A stretch of DNA of 11,685 nucleotides from a bacterium (GCA_046484245.1 JAWOBN010000093.1:1-11685), one strand, 5' to 3'. Shown: positions 1-9,119, counted from the stretch's first letter. The notes: generated from the letters alone by a model not told the origin. Translations and numbers: made by a program.

Positions 1-43
1 TGAAGGGAATCTTCCCGAGAATCCCGATATGATCAATTTGTAA
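1..43 (+). CDS. Possible 3' end of an upstream gene (…EGNLPENPDMINL*), truncated by the window edge
   Basis: Frame from base 2 is open to TAA at 41-43 and is followed by AT-rich intergenic DNA. Too short to verify. Confidence 0.3.
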   Translation, partial: EGNLPENPDMINL

Positions 44-149
44 ATTTAAAAATAGCATGATTTAATAACAAATGATAGCGTTTGGAGAGAAGAATCAACA
101 AATCGAAGGACCGTCCCCGGGTTATATGTTCCCTAAATTCTTTCTTTCC

Positions 150-177
150 TTGCCTGAGCAGGTATTTATGCTATAAT
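150..177 (+). promoter_or_regulatory. Sigma70-type promoter with extended -10
   Basis: TTGCCT (150-155), 16-bp spacer, TGc-TATAAT (169-177); RBS AGGAGG at 191-196 precedes ATG 201. Confidence 0.7.
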
Positions 178-200
178 TTGTCTATACTATAGGAGGAACA

Positions 201-740
201 ATGAAGAGAGTATTTACAATTGTATTATTCATAATTATAATCCCTGTCATGCTTTCAGCAGAAAATGAGGGATTTGACACAGATTATTTCTACATATATG
301 CACCTGACGGCTGGCAGACAGGAGCTGAAGGGGACCATTTATTTTATCTGTTTTCGCTCAATGGTAATTACTTTGTACAGATTGACAGGGTGGATGCATC
401 AGAAGATTATCCGGATAGGGAAATGGAGGATATTGATTTCAAGAATTTCACTCTTGAAGATAAACAGGGACTTCTGGCACAAGTTGCTGCTGATATTAAT
501 GTGGTATATGACGGATTTGAGCTCATTGACAAGGATATTCTGGAGATAAACGGCATGGAAATGCTCCTTGTCTACTGCACTTTTAAAAATGATGAGGATT
601 TACAGGTTTCTTGTGCACGTGGAGTCACTTTAAAAGAGGGATATTATTATGTTGTGACAATGCTTGCAAATGGAAGCGAGTTCTCTCAAGAAGCAGAAGA
701 ATTATACGGCAATATGCTGGCTTCCTTCACAGTAAAATAG
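201..740 (+). CDS. Secreted/periplasmic hypothetical protein, possibly PsbP/DcrB-like fold (179 aa)
   Basis: RBS AGGAGG; signal-peptide-like N-terminus (MKR, hydrophobic stretch, LSA|E); acidic mature region; 'YIYAPDGW' early and 'YYYVVTM…ASFTVK' ending resemble PsbP/DcrB-like proteins. The fold call is tentative. Confidence 0.75.
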   Translation: MKRVFTIVLFIIIIPVMLSAENEGFDTDYFYIYAPDGWQTGAEGDHLFYLFSLNGNYFVQIDRVDASEDYPDREMEDIDFKNFTLEDKQGLLAQVAADINVVYDGFELIDKDILEINGMEMLLVYCTFKNDEDLQVSCARGVTLKEGYYYVVTMLANGSEFSQEAEELYGNMLASFTVK

Positions 741-748
741 GAGAGTAT

Positions 749-1327
749 ATGTCCAAAGACAGAAAAATAATTCTGGTTACCCAATGCCTTATCAATCCTT
801 ACTGCAGGGTTCACATGCTGGGCCAGAACTTTCCACTTACACATGAACTTACAGATTATCTCATAAGCAGGAAAGTGGGTATTATTCAATATTCCTGTCC
901 TGAGACAACTGCCATGGGTTTGATGCGTAATCCCCAGGGAAGGCAGCAGTATGATAATGTATTCTTCAGGAATCACTGCAAGGAACTTCTAAAAACCCCC
1001 ATGCTTATGGTGAAGGAATTCTTGAAGAACAATTACCGTCTGACATGCTTTATAGGCCTGGAGAATTCACCTACCTGCGGAATTCACTGGGGCAAGCATA
1101 AGGTCAATAAATACAATACTGAATCACCGGTGCCACTGGATACCCCAACAGATGAGGAACCGGTTCTCATGGGAATCATGGCTGAAATACTTATGGAGGA
1201 ATTGAGTGCTGAAGGTATTAATGCCCCCTTCCTTGAATTGCCTGCAAAATCACCTGCACAGTCAGATAAAAGAAAGAAATTCTGGGAGGATCTGGAATCT
1301 GCACTCATAAGACCCGACAGCGGATAA
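749..1327 (+). CDS. TudS-related (DUF523/CD3072-type) putative [4Fe-4S] thio-nucleobase desulfidase (192 aa)
   Basis: Start reassigned from 611 to ATG 749 (AGGAG at 739-743, no overlap with the previous gene). Three family motifs: TQC13LINP, QYSC50PE and GLENSPTC110G, plus the C-terminal 'MGIMAEIL' matching the G-I/V-F/M helix. Confidence 0.8.
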   Translation: MSKDRKIILVTQCLINPYCRVHMLGQNFPLTHELTDYLISRKVGIIQYSCPETTAMGLMRNPQGRQQYDNVFFRNHCKELLKTPMLMVKEFLKNNYRLTCFIGLENSPTCGIHWGKHKVNKYNTESPVPLDTPTDEEPVLMGIMAEILMEELSAEGINAPFLELPAKSPAQSDKRKKFWEDLESALIRPDSG

Positions 1328-1360
1328 ACCGATAATTCATTTAAATTTCAATAAATTCTA

Positions 1361-1388
1361 TTGACAATTCCCTGTAATATAATATAAT
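1361..1388 (+). promoter_or_regulatory. Consensus sigma70 promoter for tRNA-Val and probably the downstream operon
   Basis: Perfect TTGACA (1361-1366), 16-bp spacer, perfect TATAAT (1383-1388); AT-rich UP-element-like DNA upstream. Confidence 0.85.
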
Positions 1389-1407
1389 AAAAAACTCTAT
1401 TAAATAT

Positions 1408-1484
1408 GGGCGGATAGCTCAGATGGTTAGAGCGCCGGTCTCACATACCGGAGGTCACAGGTTCAATTCCTGTTTCGCCCACCA
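1408..1484 (+). tRNA. tRNA-Val (anticodon CAC), CCA encoded
   Basis: Cloverleaf: acceptor GGGCGGA/TTCGCCC, D-stem GCTC/GAGC, anticodon stem CCGGT/ACCGG with loop CT-CAC-AT (anticodon 1442-1444), T-stem ACAGG/CCTGT with loop TTCAATT, discriminator A, CCA at 1482-1484. Confidence 0.97.
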
Positions 1485-1499
1485 AAAAAGGAGAATAGG

Positions 1500-1589
1500 T
1501 TGGGGCAGTTGCAAAAACCTGAAATAGAATCAATTATTGAAGTGTACCAATCGGTACACTTTTGTTTTATATGGAGGTATTATGAATGA
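1500..1589 (+). CDS. Candidate leader peptide/uORF, 29 aa (MGQLQKPEIESIIEVYQSVHFCFIWRYYE)
   Basis: AAGGAG at 1488-1493 lies 6 nt before TTG 1500; open frame to TGA 1587-1589, overlapping the next gene's ATG (1582). No homology evidence. Confidence 0.3.
   Translation: MGQLQKPEIESIIEVYQSVHFCFIWRYYE
1540..1568 (+). terminator. Intrinsic terminator/attenuator-like hairpin between tRNA-Val and the zinc-ribbon gene
   Basis: Perfect 9-bp stem AAGTGTACC (1540-1548), loop AATC, GGTACACTT (1553-1561), followed by TTGTTTT. Confidence 0.6.
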
Positions 1590-2292
1590 AGTTATCAGTC
1601 AGCTCTACCAATTGGCGGAAATTGACAATGAAATATTTGAAATCAAGAGACAGATGGGAACATTGCCTGAGGAGAGGAAAAGACTTGAGAGTGAGCTGAA
1701 TGTGGAGATATCGGCTATCAATAAACTTAAAGAAGAAAGAGAAAAGCTTGTGGAAGAGAATAAGGAATTGGAAGAAAAAAAGCAAAAAGCATCAAAGAGA
1801 ATAGAAGAGGACAAGGAGTATCTCAATGATGTTAAATCAAATGAGGAATATATGCGTGTCCTCAATGAAATCAAGCATTCTCAGGATACAATAGATGAAT
1901 CAGGTGATATTCTTTTCAGAAATCTTTCAAGAATAGAAGAGATTGACAGCAAATTATCCGAATTGGAGCAGCAGAGCAAGGAAGACAGCGGAGTGCAGGC
2001 AAAGATTGATGAGATAAATGAAAAATTGAAAGAGGATGAGGTCACATTACTTGAACTGAAGGAGAAGAGAGAGTCACTGGTAAGGCATCTGCCTGAGGAT
2101 TTGAAGAAACAGTATAAGAAAATTCATAAAAGCAGAAGCGGGCTTGCAATTGTGTTGATTGACAGTGCCCACTGCGCCGGTTGTTTTTCGGAGATACCCG
2201 AACAGCTGTATCAGAATGTAAGACAGATGGATGATGTCAATTACTGTATAAACTGCGGCAGAATACTGCTTTGGGAAAAGGATGAAAATTAA
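1582..2292 (+). CDS. C4-type zinc-ribbon domain protein with long coiled coil (DUF164; CT398/CdsZ/HP0958-like), 236 aa
   Basis: Start reassigned to ATG 1582 (GGAGG at 1573-1577). N-terminal 'LYQLAEID', E/K-rich coiled coil, 'VKSNEEY', C-terminal CAGC…CINCGRIL zinc ribbon. Confidence 0.92.
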   Translation: MNEVISQLYQLAEIDNEIFEIKRQMGTLPEERKRLESELNVEISAINKLKEEREKLVEENKELEEKKQKASKRIEEDKEYLNDVKSNEEYMRVLNEIKHSQDTIDESGDILFRNLSRIEEIDSKLSELEQQSKEDSGVQAKIDEINEKLKEDEVTLLELKEKRESLVRHLPEDLKKQYKKIHKSRSGLAIVLIDSAHCAGCFSEIPEQLYQNVRQMDDVNYCINCGRILLWEKDEN

Positions 2293-2695
2293 ACTGTTCA
2301 CTGACGGCGGTTCACGGGGAAATCCCGGTGAATCAGCCTGCGCTTTTTATATTGAGTCAGAGAAAGGCGAGGTTGTCAAGGGTCATCATCTCGGCATAAT
2401 GACCAATAATCAAGCTGAGTACATGGGGCTTATAAAGGGTTTGATGTATATTTTCAAGGCAATGGGCGGAGATAACAGAATTGAAATATTCATGGATTCA
2501 CAGCTGATAGTCAATCAGATAAAAGGCACATACAAGGTAAAGAATGCGGAACTGAAGAAGCTAAATGAACTGGCGAAGATATTGCTTGAGCAGTTCAGTG
2601 AATATACAATTGAGCATATAAGAAGGGAATTGAATACAAAGGCGGATGCTGAACTGAACAGAATTCTGGATGAAAATAAGCAAGGAGAAGACTGA
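2282..2695 (+). CDS. rnhA: Ribonuclease HI family protein (stand-alone RNase H domain)
   Basis: Motifs FTDGGSRGNPG, TNNQAEY, MDSQLIVNQIKGTYKVK and HIRRELNTKAD carry the four acidic catalytic residues (D, E, D, D). Confidence 0.93.
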   Translation: MKIKLFTDGGSRGNPGESACAFYIESEKGEVVKGHHLGIMTNNQAEYMGLIKGLMYIFKAMGGDNRIEIFMDSQLIVNQIKGTYKVKNAELKKLNELAKILLEQFSEYTIEHIRRELNTKADAELNRILDENKQGED

Positions 2696-3357
2696 TGGAA
2701 ATACTCACAGTTGAAGAAGTGGCAAGATTCCTCAAGATTTCCAGAGAGAAGGTGCTGGAATTGATAGACAGGGGTGAATTGCCTGCAATAGAGATTGGGG
2801 ACAATTACAGGATTACCAATAAGGTGCTCAATGAATTCATCGGTGATTCAACTGATGAAAGTGATTATGATGTTCTGGAACCATCATTCTATATTCTCAA
2901 CGGCGGATTGGTTGATGATATAGATGTCAGTTCCAAGGAGGATCTGATTGACAAGCTTGTCAAGGTTGCAATACTGTATAATGACCTCAGTGATGAAAAT
3001 GAGGAGGAATTCCGCAATCATCTGTTAGACAGGGAGAGCATGTCATCAACAGGTGTAGGGCACGGGATTGCCCTTCTGCATACAAAGGAGGTATACAAAG
3101 ACCTTAGAAAACCGTTTATCATTTTCGCGCGGCTTGCTGAACCGGTTGATTTTGAGAGTATTGACGGTCAGGATGTTGATATTGTATTCCTTATTGCAAT
3201 GCCCGACAGGGAATCCCATCTCAAGATAATGGCAGCATTGTCAAAGATGATTCACAAGCAGGATCAATTTATCAATGACCTCAGGGAGAGTCCGCGTGAG
3301 CAATTACTGGATATAATCATTAAGCAGGAAAACAAGGTACTGGTTAATGGACTTTGA
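2695..3357 (+). CDS. Fusion of an excisionase-like HTH DNA-binding domain and a PTS EIIA type-2 (Fru/Ntr, PtsN-like) domain
   Basis: N-terminal 'ILTVEEVARFLKISREKVLELIDRGELPAIEIGDNYRI' matches HTH_17. C-terminal 'DRESMSSTGVGHGIALLH' (phospho-His H129), 'PVDFESIDGQDVDIVFLI' and 'HLKIMAALS' match EIIA. Confidence 0.9.
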   Translation: MEILTVEEVARFLKISREKVLELIDRGELPAIEIGDNYRITNKVLNEFIGDSTDESDYDVLEPSFYILNGGLVDDIDVSSKEDLIDKLVKVAILYNDLSDENEEEFRNHLLDRESMSSTGVGHGIALLHTKEVYKDLRKPFIIFARLAEPVDFESIDGQDVDIVFLIAMPDRESHLKIMAALSKMIHKQDQFINDLRESPREQLLDIIIKQENKVLVNGL

Positions 3358-5041
3358 TGAACTGAAATACAGGATAAAAACAGAAAACCCCATTGAGAGT
3401 GTTGTGCGCGACTATGTTGAACTGAGGAGGGCAGGCAGGAATCTGAAAGCCCTGTGCCCTTTTCATGATGAGAAAACACCTTCTTTCATGGTATCTCCCG
3501 ATAAGGGGTTTTATCATTGTTTCGGATGCAAGGCAAGCGGTGATGTGATTAAATTCGTGCAGGACATTGAACATATATCATTCATGGAAGCTGTTGAATT
3601 GCTGGCGGAAAGAGCAGGCATTGATATTTCACAGTTTAAGGGCCGGTTCTCAACAGGTGATACAGAGGATATATATGAAGCCAATGAAAGAGCAATGATG
3701 TATTACAATAAGGCAATAAAATACAATAGAGAGGCATACAATTATCTGCAGAACAGGGGCATTACAAAGAGAGATATTGACAGATACAGACTCGGATATG
3801 CTGATTATGACAATCCGCTTGTAAAACACATAAAATCAGAGAAGTGGGATTTCAGCCAGTTTGAAAAAGCCGGGCTTATAATGAAGAACAATAATCAGTA
3901 CAGGGACAGGTTTTACGGCCGTATCATGTTTCCTATTTCCAATCACATGAACAAGATAATCGGATTTGGAGGCCGCATATTAAAAGGCAATGGGCCGAAG
4001 TATATCAATTCAGCTGAAAACAAGGTCTTCAAAAAGGGGAATTTCCTCTATGGTCTCAATATTGCAAAGAAAAGTATTTATGATGCCCAAAGCGCGATAC
4101 TTACAGAGGGCTATATGGATTTCATAGCACTCCATAAAACAGGTATAGTCAATACAGTTGCCCAGCTCGGCACAGCTTGTACGGAAAATCAGTCAAAACT
4201 ACTTGCAAGAATGGCAGAAAAAATTATAATTATGTATGATGGGGACGATGCAGGCAGGGATGCTGCATTCAGGAGTATACCCATACTGTTAAAGAACAAT
4301 CTCAGTGTTGAGGTCTTTGTATATGAAGAATACAGTGACCCTGATGAACTTGCATCATCCAAATCAATTGATATGGATTATATCAACAGTCATTCTGTGA
4401 ATTTTATTGAATATGTTCTTTCTAATTATAAAACGGATGTAACTGATCCTCTCCTCAGGGAAAAGCATGCTGTATCATATATTATCAAAGCGATAAATTC
4501 CATTGAGGATACTGTGCTCAGAGAACTGTATCAGAAGAGGGCTGCCCGGAAGCTTAAAATAAGCATGAATCTCTTTGGAACTTCCGGGAAAAAACCGGTG
4601 AAGAAGAACAGGCCTGTGAGGAGCGAATCTGAAGCATCAGATCTTTATATTGAGACAATCAGTATGATGCTGTCTTCAGATGAAACAGGCAAGAAATTCT
4701 GCGAAGAGCTTGAGGACAGTGAATTCAGGGACATCAAGACCAAGGGGTTCTTTGCTGAAATATGTAATACTCTGCATGATGAGGGACATGTTGATGCAAG
4801 AGAGATGATTGAGAATAATTCAAAGGATGAACTGAAAAACCGATTGCTTGAAAGGACACTGTATTATACAGATAAAAGACCTTCAGACAAGAAGATAAAC
4901 ACATACATTCATTTAATAAGAAAACATACTGTAATGAAAAAATTGGAAGAAACCGAGAGAAAAAGAAAACACATTAAAGATAAGGAAGAGATAAAGCGTT
5001 TGGATGAATTAATTATACTCCTTAGGAAGAAATTAATGTGA
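3347..5041 (+). CDS. dnaG: DNA primase
   Basis: CHC2 zinc finger CPFHDEKTPSF…CFGC, 'RDRFYGRIMFPI', 'PKYINS', TOPRIM motifs EGYMD and YDGDDAG, 'DPDE'; adjacent to rpoD. Confidence 0.98.
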   Translation: MDFDELKYRIKTENPIESVVRDYVELRRAGRNLKALCPFHDEKTPSFMVSPDKGFYHCFGCKASGDVIKFVQDIEHISFMEAVELLAERAGIDISQFKGRFSTGDTEDIYEANERAMMYYNKAIKYNREAYNYLQNRGITKRDIDRYRLGYADYDNPLVKHIKSEKWDFSQFEKAGLIMKNNNQYRDRFYGRIMFPISNHMNKIIGFGGRILKGNGPKYINSAENKVFKKGNFLYGLNIAKKSIYDAQSAILTEGYMDFIALHKTGIVNTVAQLGTACTENQSKLLARMAEKIIIMYDGDDAGRDAAFRSIPILLKNNLSVEVFVYEEYSDPDELASSKSIDMDYINSHSVNFIEYVLSNYKTDVTDPLLREKHAVSYIIKAINSIEDTVLRELYQKRAARKLKISMNLFGTSGKKPVKKNRPVRSESEASDLYIETISMMLSSDETGKKFCEELEDSEFRDIKTKGFFAEICNTLHDEGHVDAREMIENNSKDELKNRLLERTLYYTDKRPSDKKINTYIHLIRKHTVMKKLEETERKRKHIKDKEEIKRLDELIILLRKKLM

Positions 5042-5053
5042 GGAGGATGCTAG

Positions 5054-6763
5054 ATGGCTGAAAATAAAAGTACTAATGTGGATCTGGATGTAATACTCAA
5101 CTTTGTTGATGAAAACGGTGAATTATCATACAGGAAACTCAATGAATTGCTCAATGATCAATTGGATGTTGAGGATATTGACAATCTTGTGACCCGTATT
5201 CAGACACTCGGAGTAGTCCTGGTTGATAAAAAGAAACCTGAAAAGACAAAGAAGAAAAAGAAAAAAGCGGGCAAGGTTCGCGGTACAAAATACGATGACC
5301 CTGTGCGGATGTATCTGCAGGAAATGAAATCCATTGAATTGCTCACAAAGGAAGAAGAGGTTTCCATATCAAAAGATATAGAGTACAGTGCCCGTATGAT
5401 ACTTGAAAACCTTCTCAGTATTCCGAGGACATTTGATTTTATTGATGACTATTACAACAGGGTTACTCAATTGGAGGAATCAGTTGATAATTATTTCCAT
5501 ATTGAGGATCCTGAGATAAGTAATGAGCTGTCTCACAAGAAGAAGATAAAAAGACTGAAATCGCTTTACAAAAGCATGAACAGATACAAGAAACAGATAG
5601 AGAATGCAATGCGCGGTTATTCCAGAAAGAAGAAGTCAGACAGAGAAAAGGTGGACAAGAAGGTGGAGGGTATATTCGCCAAGCTTACTGACAAGGTCGG
5701 CATGATGCAGATAAATCAGTTCAATCTTCAGGATATAATCAGGTATTACAATAAAATAGACAGTGAATTCAAAAAGGAATTGAAGAAACAGGAACTCATT
5801 GAAAACAGATTCCAGCATCCTGTTGAAGATATAATCAAGGAGAGCAAGAAGAAAGGCCTGGTCTCCAAGAATTTCCGCAAACTGGGATTCAAGAGAGATG
5901 ATTTTAATGAAATCGTGAGAGAGATTGAAATGATAGACAGCAGGATAAAGGAACTTGAGGAAGATGTCTATATGTCCTGCAGTGATTTTGTTGAAGCAAT
6001 GATAAATATCAGGAAGTCAGAGAAGGGGCTTGCAAGGGCAAAACAGACAATGATCAAGTGCAATGTCCGGCTCGTCATTTCAATTGCAAAACGCTACACG
6101 AACAGGGGCCTTGAATTCATGGACCTTATTCAGGAAGGCAATGCCGGTCTGATGAAAGCAGTTGAAAAATTTGATTACAAGAAGGGTTATAAATTCTCAA
6201 CCTATGCTACCTGGTGGATAAGGCAGTCAATCACAAGGGCAATCGCCGATCAGGCAAGGACTATAAGAGTGCCTGTTCACATGATAGAGGTTATGCACAA
6301 GGTTGTTAAAGCTACAAGGTCACTCATGCAGGAGCTCGGCAGGGATCCCTCTGAGGAAGAGATATCGGAAAAACTCAATATGCCTGTTGATAAAATAAAG
6401 AGTGTTTACAAGATTGCACAGGAAACCATTTCCCTTGATAAACCCATAGGTGACAGTGATGAATCCATCTTCTGTGATTTTATTGAGGATGCAGAACAGA
6501 AATCACCCCAGTACAATGCAATGCACTCAATGCTCAAAGAGCGTCTAGACCTTGTGCTGCAGGACCTCACGCCGCGCCAGCAGACTGTTCTGAAACTGAG
6601 GTTCGGTCTTCAGGACGGCTATCCCAGAACCCTGGAAGAGGTCGGTGAGATACTGGATGTCACGAGAGAAAGGGTCAGACAGATTGAAGCCAAAGCACTG
6701 GAGAAATTATCACACAAGAACAGAGCCGAGGTATTGAAGCCATTTCTTAATATTACATCATGA
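5054..6763 (+). CDS. rpoD: RNA polymerase primary sigma factor (sigma70) with region 1.1 and a non-conserved region
   Basis: [10 protein letters not shown] (region 1.2), [30 protein letters not shown] (region 2), [15 protein letters not shown]…[13 protein letters not shown] (region 4); RBS AGGAGG at 5041-5046. Confidence 0.98.
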   Translation: MAENKSTNVDLDVILNFVDENGELSYRKLNELLNDQLDVEDIDNLVTRIQTLGVVLVDKKKPEKTKKKKKKAGKVRGTKYDDPVRMYLQEMKSIELLTKEEEVSISKDIEYSARMILENLLSIPRTFDFIDDYYNRVTQLEESVDNYFHIEDPEISNELSHKKKIKRLKSLYKSMNRYKKQIENAMRGYSRKKKSDREKVDKKVEGIFAKLTDKVGMMQINQFNLQDIIRYYNKIDSEFKKELKKQELIENRFQHPVEDIIKESKKKGLVSKNFRKLGFKRDDFNEIVREIEMIDSRIKELEEDVYMSCSDFVEAMINIRKSEKGLARAKQTMIKCNVRLVISIAKRYTNRGLEFMDLIQEGNAGLMKAVEKFDYKKGYKFSTYATWWIRQSITRAIADQARTIRVPVHMIEVMHKVVKATRSLMQELGRDPSEEEISEKLNMPVDKIKSVYKIAQETISLDKPIGDSDESIFCDFIEDAEQKSPQYNAMHSMLKERLDLVLQDLTPRQQTVLKLRFGLQDGYPRTLEEVGEILDVTRERVRQIEAKALEKLSHKNRAEVLKPFLNITS

Positions 6764-8178
6764 ATTTCATAAAGGGTAAGGTTTGGTCAAAAGGGGAGTA
6801 TTGCTCATTCCTCGGTTTTGAAGACGGCATCATAGAATATATAGGCAATGAGACCCCTCCCGAATATGAGGACCTGGGTTCACTTTACATATATCCGGGT
6901 TTCATTGACTCTCACATGCATTTTTTATATCATGGTCTCAATCTGATCCGCTGCAGTCTCAATGATGCCCGTTCCCCGGAAGATATTTATGAGAAAATAA
7001 GATTATATGCTGCAGATAATGCCGGCCGTGAGTTTATTATTGCCGATGGTTTTGATGAAACCGGTTTTGACATTGAAGAGATGCCTGACGGTACTGTGCT
7101 CAATGATATGTTTCCCGGTATCCCTGTAATTGCCAGAAGGATATGCGGCCATGTCGGTGTGATAAACAAGCAGGCTTATGAATTAATGAAGGGTGATATC
7201 ACAGAGTATGACAGTAAGAAACAGATTGTAAGGGAAGGAGCAATACTGAGGCTCAATGATTTTTTCCCTGAAGACATAGAGTCCAAGCTTAGTGTAATGA
7301 GAATAGCGGAGCAGGATCTCTTCAGCAGGGGCATTACATCCATTGGGGATATCGCGACATCAGACAGCCCGGCACTGTATGAGGAATTTGAAACTGATCT
7401 GGATATTTTCTTCTATTTGCCTTATGAGTATTATAATGAAACATTTTCCTTTTCAGATAAGTCAAATATAAGGTTCAAGGGACTGAAGGTGTTTGCAGAC
7501 GGCTCAGTAGGAGGCAGAACAGCTGCTTTCAGTGAGAATTATCTTGCAAGCAGTGAATCCGGAGCCCTGCTTCTGACAGACAGCCAATTGAAGGGTATTG
7601 TTGAGATTGCTGAGAAAAATAATCTTCAGACAGCTGTGCATGCTATTGGAGACAGAGCCATTGAACAGGCACTTGAAATACTCCCTCCCCGCAGCAGAAT
7701 AGAGCATTTTGAATTTCCCACTAAAGCTCAAATTGAAAGAACTGCAGACCGCAGTATTTATGTTTCACTGCAGCCCAATTTCATAGGCAACTGGGGGCAG
7801 CAGGGCGGAATGTATCAGACACGCCTCCCCTCGTCGCTTTACAGGAGGAATAATCCCTATAGAGAAATTGCGGAAGCAGGAATAAGAGCCGGATTCGGGT
7901 CGGATGACATGCCGGTATCCCCGGTTTACGGTATTGAATCTGTTTTGAATGCACCATTTGATTCCCAGAAAATATCTATTGAAAAAGCCCTTGAGCTTTA
8001 CACAAAGGGAAGTTCTGATATAATGGATGGAAAATCCGGTGTATTGGATATAGGCAGACCAGCTGACTTTGTTGCAGTAAACAGACCCTTTGATGAATAT
8101 ACAAAAGGAGATGAAATGCCCGATGTCGTAAGTACATATAAGAGGGGCAGAAAAGTTTTTAGCCGGGAGGCACAATGA
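6760..8178 (+). CDS. Metal-dependent amidohydrolase, YtcJ-like (Amidohydro_3)
   Basis: PGFIDSHMH (HxH), RICGH, KVFADGS, HAIGDRA, RIEH, GSD and GRPADF motifs; ATGA overlap with the rpoD stop. Confidence 0.9.
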   Translation: MNFIKGKVWSKGEYCSFLGFEDGIIEYIGNETPPEYEDLGSLYIYPGFIDSHMHFLYHGLNLIRCSLNDARSPEDIYEKIRLYAADNAGREFIIADGFDETGFDIEEMPDGTVLNDMFPGIPVIARRICGHVGVINKQAYELMKGDITEYDSKKQIVREGAILRLNDFFPEDIESKLSVMRIAEQDLFSRGITSIGDIATSDSPALYEEFETDLDIFFYLPYEYYNETFSFSDKSNIRFKGLKVFADGSVGGRTAAFSENYLASSESGALLLTDSQLKGIVEIAEKNNLQTAVHAIGDRAIEQALEILPPRSRIEHFEFPTKAQIERTADRSIYVSLQPNFIGNWGQQGGMYQTRLPSSLYRRNNPYREIAEAGIRAGFGSDDMPVSPVYGIESVLNAPFDSQKISIEKALELYTKGSSDIMDGKSGVLDIGRPADFVAVNRPFDEYTKGDEMPDVVSTYKRGRKVFSREAQ

Positions 8179-9119
8179 TAGTATTCCTTGTTGTTCTAAT
8201 TGTATTCGTTCTGATTATTGCCCTGAGAGGCATAATAATAGTCAGACAGGCGGAAAACGCAGTTGTGGAGCGCCTTGGCAGATTCCACAAGGTTCTTGAC
8301 AGCGGAATTCATATTATCTTTCCTGTTATGGACAGGATTAGACCCATTACAATGAAACACAGAATGTACCCCAAGATTGATCTGAGGGAACAGGTGCTTG
8401 ATTTTGATCCGCAGCCGGTTATTACAGAGGATAATGTAACTATGCAGATTGACTCTGTAATTTACTTTCAGATAGTTGACCCTAAAAAATCCGTTTATGA
8501 GATCAATGATCTTATTGTGGCAATTGAGAAACTGACAATTACAACACTCAGAAATGTAATAGGTGATCTGACTCTGGATGAAACACTGATTTCAAGAACC
8601 AAGATAAATACGGAACTTCAGATAATTCTGGACGAGGCGACAGATAAATGGGGTGTCAAGGTCAACAGGGTTGAGCTTAAAAACATCAATCCTCCTCAGG
8701 GTATTCAAGAGGCAATGACAAAACAGATGAAAGCAGAGAGGGAGAAACGCTCTATTATTCTGCTTGCTGAAGGAGACAAACAATCCAGAATACTCAGGGC
8801 GGAAGGGGAAAGAGAATCGGCAATCAAGAGTGCTGAAGGTGATAAGCAGGCTGACATACTCCGAGCAGAGGGCCAGGGCAAAGCCATTGACCTTGTTTTC
8901 AATGCAATACATGAAGGCCGTGCAACTGAAGATGTCATTGCTATAAAATATCTGGAAACACTGGAAAAACTGGCAGACGGGAAATCATCAAAGATTTTCA
9001 TACCATATGAAGCAACAGGTATTCTCTCATCACTAGGTTCAATCAAGGAAATATTCAATGAATCAGAATCATCAGAAAACAAATCAGGCAGAACAGACAA
9101 TACCGAGCAGTCAGAATAA
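8175..9119 (+). CDS. SPFH/Band 7 (stomatin/prohibitin-like, QmcA/YbbK-type) membrane protein
   Basis: N-terminal TM helix, 'VVERLGRF', 'IDLREQV', 'ITEDNV', 'TTLRNVIG', 'WGVKVNRVE', 'KQMKAERE' and AEG repeats. Confidence 0.93.
   Translation: MIVFLVVLIVFVLIIALRGIIIVRQAENAVVERLGRFHKVLDSGIHIIFPVMDRIRPITMKHRMYPKIDLREQVLDFDPQPVITEDNVTMQIDSVIYFQIVDPKKSVYEINDLIVAIEKLTITTLRNVIGDLTLDETLISRTKINTELQIILDEATDKWGVKVNRVELKNINPPQGIQEAMTKQMKAEREKRSIILLAEGDKQSRILRAEGERESAIKSAEGDKQADILRAEGQGKAIDLVFNAIHEGRATEDVIAIKYLETLEKLADGKSSKIFIPYEATGILSSLGSIKEIFNESESSENKSGRTDNTEQSE

Noticed and set aside
611..748. N-terminal extension of the TudS-like ORF as given in the ORF track
   Set aside because: It overlaps the upstream gene by 130 nt and lacks an RBS. 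ATG 749 has AGGAG and family motifs begin right after it.
1537..1581. TTG start at 1537 for the zinc-ribbon gene
   Set aside because: No RBS and it spans the hairpin. ATG 1582 has GGAGG and matches the family's N-terminus.
2695..2860. Prophage/ICE excisionase indicating a mobile element
   Set aside because: The HTH is fused in-frame to EIIA inside a housekeeping operon, with no integrase or phage genes nearby.
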